Positions 8,703-14,700 of a DNA stretch of 25,507 bases are shown here, piece by piece (position 1 is the stretch's first letter; every line of letters starts with the position of its first letter). The notes under the pieces were generated by a model. That model had not been told where the DNA came from and did not search any database. It was given only the letters and a program-made list of their open reading frames with translations. Source of the DNA: a virus (Duplodnaviria > Caudoviricetes); IMG/VR virus record IMGVR_UViG_3300030099_006603, positions 1-25,507 of that record; one strand, 5' to 3'. A program made the translations under genes and the position numbers.

Positions 8703-9593
8703 TTAAAATGGTAAATCATCTCCATCATCCTCTAGTGAAGTAGTCTCTACTTCATCACTATTTGTTGTAATAACATTGTTAGAAGTCGTAATTTTACTTT
8801 CTTCTCTCATAAATGTGATTTCTTCTTCTAATGATGCAGTCTCATTTTCTTCTTTTTCTTCTTCAGCAACATATTTACTTTGTTCTGAATCCCAAATAGG
8901 AGTCATATTTTTAGCAACTATTTCTAAATACTCTTTTGATTTTTTAGAATAAACATCTTTATATGTTTCTTCGTTATTAAACCATTCATTAGCTTTAGTA
9001 CTATCTTCAGTTAACATACTAACATCATCACACATAATAGAGGTAACAATACTCCAACCCTTCTCATTACGATTAGTAGTGATAATGATATCTCTACCTT
9101 CTCTTGCGTCAGTAATATCACCTTTTAATTTAAATAATGGCATTAACTTATCCATTACACCATCACCTGTGTACTTATGTTTGAATCTCCAAAACTTAAC
9201 ACCGTGATCCTCATTATCTCTATCGATACCTTTTACAACATAGTATTTTCTAGCAGTATATTCACTTGCCATTTGTTTTGCTTTTTTACTACCTTCCATA
9301 AGTAGTGCTTCTTTTGCCTCATTTAATGGGCAATATTCACCATCATTTAAATGGTTACAGTAGATTTTTTCATACTTACCGTTAACCAACCTTTCATAAA
9401 AATAGGCTTCAGTAAATGGTGAAGTACCGTCTTTACCCGGTAAAATTCTAAATCTTCTTGTGGCGTTTTTAACCCCTTTTTGTAATTTTTCTGTAAAGTA
9501 CTTTTTTAATCTATCTTCATTAGAAATTTTAGTACTTTTTGTGTTTTGTGTGTTTTTCTCATATTGAGATAAAATTGCATCTAAACTTGACAT
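8703..9593 (-). CDS. gp32: Single-stranded DNA-binding protein, T4 gp32-like
   Basis: RFRILPGKDG, C-x8-CP, ARKYYVVKGIDR, GVKFWRF, DITDAREGRDIII and an acidic tail ending DDGDDLPF. Confidence 0.85.
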   Translation of the reverse strand: MSSLDAILSQYEKNTQNTKSTKISNEDRLKKYFTEKLQKGVKNATRRFRILPGKDGTSPFTEAYFYERLVNGKYEKIYCNHLNDGEYCPLNEAKEALLMEGSKKAKQMASEYTARKYYVVKGIDRDNEDHGVKFWRFKHKYTGDGVMDKLMPLFKLKGDITDAREGRDIIITTNRNEKGWSIVTSIMCDDVSMLTEDSTKANEWFNNEETYKDVYSKKSKEYLEIVAKNMTPIWDSEQSKYVAEEEKEENETASLEEEITFMREESKITTSNNVITTNSDEVETTSLEDDGDDLPF

Positions 9594-9620
9594 ATTTTTG
9601 TTTTTTTTATAATTAATATT

Positions 9621-9651
9621 TAAATATACTAAGGATTTTTAAAAAAGTCAA
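9621..9651 (-). promoter_or_regulatory. Proximal ssb promoter TTGACT-N17-TATATTTA
   Basis: Read directly from the sequence. Fits both sigma70 -35/-10 and Bacteroidota -33/-7 geometry; 27 nt upstream of ATG 9593. Confidence 0.72.
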
Positions 9652-9654
9652 TAA

Positions 9655-9695
9655 ATAAAAAACCTATAATGAAACAAATTTAGTCATTATAGGTT
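9655..9695 (-). terminator. Perfect 12-bp inverted repeat with T tract: probable terminator of the 60-aa/246-aa unit and/or an operator
   Basis: AACCTATAATGA (9661-9672) / TCATTATAGGTT (9684-9695) with an 11-nt loop, followed on the minus strand by TTTTATTTATT. Confidence 0.7.
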
Positions 9696-9706
9696 AATTA
9701 GTCAAA
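9675..9706 (-). promoter_or_regulatory. Distal ssb promoter TTTGACT-N17-TAAATTTG (Bacteroidota consensus TTTG...TAnnTTTG)
   Basis: Exact TTTG-N20-TAnnTTTG match. The -7 box lies within the loop of the 12-bp inverted repeat. Confidence 0.68.
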
Positions 9707-9726
9707 TAAAATTTAAAATATTTTTT

Positions 9727-10467
9727 TTAGGAATTTTGATCGTTCTTATCATACCCAAAAGAGTCTTCAATTTCGTTAGCACTATAGCTATCTACATCTC
9801 CTTTAGTAATTACAAACTCTTCTTTGTCTTCAGAACCGGTTGCATCATAACCTTCTTTATCACTCCAATAATCTGTAAGTGTTACACTATATGGAAATGA
9901 ATCCATTGATCTCATTTCTAATCTTTCTACTGGTGTTGGGTTTCTTTCTTCTATTTCTTTTTCTAAGTTTTCTATCTTACCGATTACTTGATCCATTCCA
10001 GATACTTGAGATTCTAATTCACCTAACTTACCTAATAGTTCATCCATTTTAGATGTCATACCCTCAATTTCTGTTCTGGTTTGTTCTGCCTTATCTACAA
10101 TATCAGTTACATCTACTTCAACTGTATCACCACCACCTTCTACCGCAACTTCATCTTCTACTTTCGCGGCATCTTCACCACCAAATGGGTCAGTTTCATC
10201 ACCACCCTCTTCAGTTTCTTCACCTGCCACATCAGCGAAAGGATCTTCATCCATATTACTTTCTTGTTCTTCACCTGCAGGTTCTTCTTCGTTGGCATCG
10301 CTACCACCACCTTCTTCAGTTTCAGGTTCTTGTTCATTTATAGTATCTAATGCGCTTAAAAGTAAATCTTCTTCACCATCTTTAGGCTCTTCTTCCATAT
10401 AAAATGTATATTCCAACAATTGCATATGTCGTTTTAATTCTTCCTTTAATAAATTTTCTTTACCCAT
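9727..10467 (-). CDS. Highly acidic coiled-coil hypothetical protein (possible internal head/scaffold-like protein)
   Basis: E/D/G-rich disordered N-half with two DPF repeats, a heptad region (MTSKMDELLGKLGELESQVSGMDQVIGKIENLEKEI) and N-terminal LLKEELKRHMQLLEY. Confidence 0.8.
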   Translation of the reverse strand: MGKENLLKEELKRHMQLLEYTFYMEEEPKDGEEDLLLSALDTINEQEPETEEGGGSDANEEEPAGEEQESNMDEDPFADVAGEETEEGGDETDPFGGEDAAKVEDEVAVEGGGDTVEVDVTDIVDKAEQTRTEIEGMTSKMDELLGKLGELESQVSGMDQVIGKIENLEKEIEERNPTPVERLEMRSMDSFPYSVTLTDYWSDKEGYDATGSEDKEEFVITKGDVDSYSANEIEDSFGYDKNDQNS

Positions 10468-10472
10468 AGTTC

Positions 10473-10655
10473 CTATATTAATAATTGTCTTCCATCAGTA
10501 GTTTTGTAAACTTTATTTACTCTTTCTACAATTTCTTTTCCGTCATTGATTAAACATTCTTCACCAACACATTCTTTCTCATTTTTTTCATTTAAGAATT
10601 CATCTAGATTAGTCTCTAAATCTTTTTGTTTTGTATTTTCTTTTTTATTATCCAT
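10473..10655 (-). CDS. Small hypothetical protein (60 aa; start revised to ATG 10655)
   Basis: In-frame ATG (MDNKKENT...TTDGRQLLI) lies 9 nt below a late-type motif. The track's non-ATG start at 10685 would place that motif inside the ORF. Confidence 0.72.
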   Translation of the reverse strand: MDNKKENTKQKDLETNLDEFLNEKNEKECVGEECLINDGKEIVERVNKVYKTTDGRQLLI

Positions 10656-10664
10656 ATCAATGTC

Positions 10665-10680
10665 TTTATATAATAAATAT
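10665..10680 (-). promoter_or_regulatory. Late-type motif variant ATATTTATTATATAAA
   Basis: ATATTTAT-N2-TATAAA, 9 nt upstream of ATG 10655. Confidence 0.6.
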
Positions 10681-10687
10681 ACCAATA

Positions 10688-11101
10688 TTAAGAAAAATTA
10701 CGTTTTATATCCATTATTGTTAATTCATTATTTTTAACAATTAACATTTTATCTTGATAGTTATCCCAATCAATTTGGTATTCTTTGTAATTAATATTTC
10801 CTCTATCTTCACCAACCTCCTTATCAATTAACTTATTTAATGCATTAATTGTATAAAAACATTCACCTTTTTTATGTACAATAATCGTTGTTGGGAAAAA
10901 TGTTTTAGTATTTATTTTTTTACCATCTCTTAGATATACCCTAAACGTTAATATCTTTTTATCTTTCTCTTCAGGTGAAGTATATATAAATATTTTTTCG
11001 GGAGATAAATTAAATCTTTTATTTAAATATTTTACAAAACTTTCTACCTTATCCTCAATCACAAATGACGCTAATGTCATTATCTTTACACTGTTTTTCA
11101 T
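10688..11101 (-). CDS. Hypothetical protein (137 aa; alternative start ATG 11080)
   Basis: Globular-looking ORF (IVHKKGECFYTINALNKLI...IDWDNYQDKMLI) that overlaps the upstream ORF. Confidence 0.78.
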   Translation of the reverse strand: MKNSVKIMTLASFVIEDKVESFVKYLNKRFNLSPEKIFIYTSPEEKDKKILTFRVYLRDGKKINTKTFFPTTIIVHKKGECFYTINALNKLIDKEVGEDRGNINYKEYQIDWDNYQDKMLIVKNNELTIMDIKRNFS

Positions 11102-11687
11102 TTTTATATATGTAAGGTATCATTTTGTCGCCATTATTAATTTTTACTACGATTTCCTTACATTTATTAAATATTTCATTTTCAGATAAAGTTACCTCTT
11201 CTATTGGGTTTATTATAGAAATAATTTTTTCTTTTTTTACACCAATATATTCCACAATATTTAAATCTACACCAAATATTAAATTATCCCCATATATATA
11301 CAACATATTGTTGTTGGTTAAATAAGAAATAGGTGTATTTAGTGATTTTATTTTTTTAATAATTTTTTTAATTTTGGATTTTTTATCGTGTATTACATCC
11401 ACATAGATATATGGAATATCATTACCTATTCTATTGTAACAATAGTCTACAAATTCTTTAATGTCATTCTCATATTCTACTTTTTTTTCTTTTTGATTGA
11501 ATGTCCAAAAGATGTCTTTCTCAATTTTTTTATGTAGTATAGATACTTTATCCCCATAAATCTCTTTAGTAGTACTCCACCCTATAATTAATATAGGTAG
11601 GTCGTTTTTAACTTCGTTAATACTATTAAAAGTATTGAAATTTTCTTCTTCTACTTTGTCTTTGGATATAATATTTCCTACTATCAT
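11055..11687 (-). CDS. Hypothetical protein (~210 aa; start revised to ATG 11687)
   Basis: In-frame ATG (MIVGNIIS...) lies 4 nt below a TATCTTTG box. The track's TTG start at 11714 falls inside the promoter spacer. Confidence 0.75.
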   Translation of the reverse strand: MIVGNIISKDKVEEENFNTFNSINEVKNDLPILIIGWSTTKEIYGDKVSILHKKIEKDIFWTFNQKEKKVEYENDIKEFVDYCYNRIGNDIPYIYVDVIHDKKSKIKKIIKKIKSLNTPISYLTNNNMLYIYGDNLIFGVDLNIVEYIGVKKEKIISIINPIEEVTLSENEIFNKCKEIVVKINNGDKMIPYIYKNEKQCKDNDISVICD

Positions 11688-11691
11688 CTTA

Positions 11692-11722
11692 CAAAGATAA
11701 GAATATTTTTTCAAAAAGAAAA
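11692..11722 (-). promoter_or_regulatory. Putative host-RNAP promoter TTTTCT-N17-TATCTTTG
   Basis: Exact TAnnTTTG box at 11699-11692, at the junction between the structural and non-structural blocks. Confidence 0.65.
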
Positions 11723-11723
11723 A

Positions 11724-14700
11724 TTAGTTACATTTTTTTATTTCTTTGGAAGGATAAATATTTGTATATGAAAGTAAATTTGTTTGTCTTAATACCTTTT
11801 TAAATGATTTATATTTTTTATTGGTGTCGGATATCGGTCTATTCATAATCATATTAATAATATGTGAATAATCCACACCACTACCACCTTGTTTAGAATA
11901 GAAGTTAGGACTGTAACACTCATAATCCTCTGTAACAAACTTATTTTCGACTTTACTATATGATTTATACCCATATATGTATTCTCCTTCTGAAATAAAC
12001 GATGATAATGCAAACATAAAACAAATTTTTGGCCCTGTGGTTTCATTTGTTATATAATTTGGGTTTTTATCTATATATTCTCTTGTTATTTGAGTATCTA
12101 TATTTTTACTTATAAAATCAATTATTGATGGTTTCTGATCGTCTAAGTTAGCGAGATCAGTTACTGGTAAATAACCTCTTCTTCTAAATAAATAATCCTG
12201 AACATATAACGCTTCTTTAAATACTTCACTATTTTTACCAATTAAAGCATTTTTCAGAAATTCTTGATCCTCATTTATTTCATCATTACCTTTAAGTCTA
12301 TTTTCTACTATGGGTAATTGTAATATTTGATTATCAAAGTATTCTTGTGGTTTACCATCTATATAATTTTGTATGTTGGTAGTTATTAAATTATTTATGT
12401 CAGGTGTAGAAATTGATTGTGTAGTATAAATAGTAAAATATAGACTTGCGCCAACCTTATATAATTCTTCAAATACCTTCTTTAATTCTGGATTTGTGGC
12501 AACTTTAGGTATATCATTACCATCTTTATCTTTCAATGTTTGTGTAATTGTCCAATCTTTAACATTATTATTATATGCCGATGATGACATTCTAGTCATA
12601 TTATTAGAATAAAATAACATAGACGACAAAAACATTGTTACTTGACTATTTGTTACAGTATCACCTAATACTGTTTTAATACCACTTTCAAATATGGTTT
12701 TACCCTTTTCTTTACCTGAAGTGTCTAATGGTTCTTCTAACAACTTAGTAACTACATTTTGTGGTACACCTAACTGAATTAAGTTTTCTCCATCGTTAGT
12801 TAAAAACGCCTCAAAGTTAAAAGGTTCATTCGCTAATTCTTCAATTAAACCTATTTCGTTAATTCTTAAATCTTCTTGTGTTAAATTATCTAAAGGTAAT
12901 ATTTCATCCTCCACCTCTTCAAAATTCATATTTAAGAATGTAGTATATTTGTCCACTATAGGTATTACATTACTACTTTGTCTTAACCCCTCAAAATTAG
13001 TAGTCATATCATTACCATTTATAGTATGTGTCACATTAGTTATTAAATAAGTTCCATTAAAAAATGGTACGTTATCTAACTGAAAATACATTAGTGGTTG
13101 AATTGGCATACAACCTAACGCTTCTACACCACATTTATATGATCTAGTTCTATAAACTTTTAAAAGATTAGGTCCAGAAAAAACTTTAGAATTACCACCT
13201 CTTTTATCTATTAATTGGGATAACGTACTAAAATATTCACCGGTTTCCCTATATTCATTTTGATTTAAACTAACATCTTTAAATATACTTTGGTTTTCCG
13301 CACCAAATGCAACTCTAAATGCAACCATTGTATTTTTATCTCCGTCCACCGCCTGAGATACTGAACTAGTATCTGACATAATATCAAAACCATCATTCGG
13401 ATACGCATATGTTCTAACCATTTCATCTATAGCCAATGATTTAGATTGTCCACCAGCGTAAATACAAACATAAATCGGACCACTACTACTCCACTCATCT
13501 AAATTAGTCATCGGTTGGAACATCTCTTTGACATCCTCTTCTTTTTTAAAGTTTACATAGTTTGGTAATATTTGAAATAGGAATTGGTTGTCTCTTAGTA
13601 TTTTAGAAATTAATAGGTATATGTTAGTATCCATATCATTACTGATACTAGTTAAACTTTTTAAGTTTATAACCGCCTTATCACCAATATCATTCCAAGT
13701 TCTATCGATAAATCTAAAATAATCTATTAAGTTACCACCAGAACTACCACAAGCGTTATAACATAAATCTTCTCCAGTACTACCCGCAACCCATTTATCA
13801 TAAATTCCTTTTAAGTAATTATATAAAGACAATTTTATTTTATTATCTTTAACTATATCTTTTGATTTATCTTCTTCCGTTTCTGGATCTTCTGTTTTTT
13901 CTTGATTAAATTTATTTTTAAAGTTAGTAATAAATTCTGTGAATACGGAAGTTTTTATTCTCATAAAGTTTTTATTTTTACCGTAATCCTCATCAAAAAG
14001 TTTAGGTACTAATATTGCCAAATAAGTAGTTTCATTTAAAATAGTTCTTACTTTACTTGATGTATTTTTAATATCTTTATCATTAGATGCATCTGTATAT
14101 TTTTCTATCTGAATAATATCACTATTGTAACCTCCCGAACCTTCTACCCAATCTATAAAATATTGAATTAATTGTTGTTTAGTATGTGTAGGTAAGTTTA
14201 GAATATTTCCTAAATTCCAATTCATACCCCAATCATCTTCTTTGGTTAATAAATCTACATATGTAGTTTTAAAAGATTCATTTTTTTTCTTAAGTTTATT
14301 ATATCCAGCCCAATTAATAATATCTGTTGGTTTACTGCTCCTATATAAAGAACCTCCAATCCACAATAAATACCTTTTTGGTAATTTTAAAATGGTAGAA
14401 GTGCTATCAATAATATTATTACCTATAACGGTATTCCAATCACTAAATGGTAACGTACTTAAGTATAATAACGCATTACTATATGTGTCTGGTTGTTGAG
14501 CCCACAAACTACTATTAGTTAAAACTTTAGCACCATCATTAGAATTAAATTTATTTATATAAAGTCTGTTTTTAATTTCTTCTTCAGTAACCGGTAAACT
14601 TTCTTCAGTTCGTTTTTTTATGTTTACACCACCATCTATATTTGATATATCAACTATATCAAATGAGTCTTTTAATTTAGAAAAGTCAGCATCTCCACCT

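Noticed and set aside
442-10475. Possible TAG stop-codon reassignment (TAG stops are rare; the gp6 TAG is followed by TAA TAA TAA)
   Set aside because: Genes up to 1888 aa are intact in the standard code with no internal TAG or TGA, and coding density is already near complete, so recoding is not needed.
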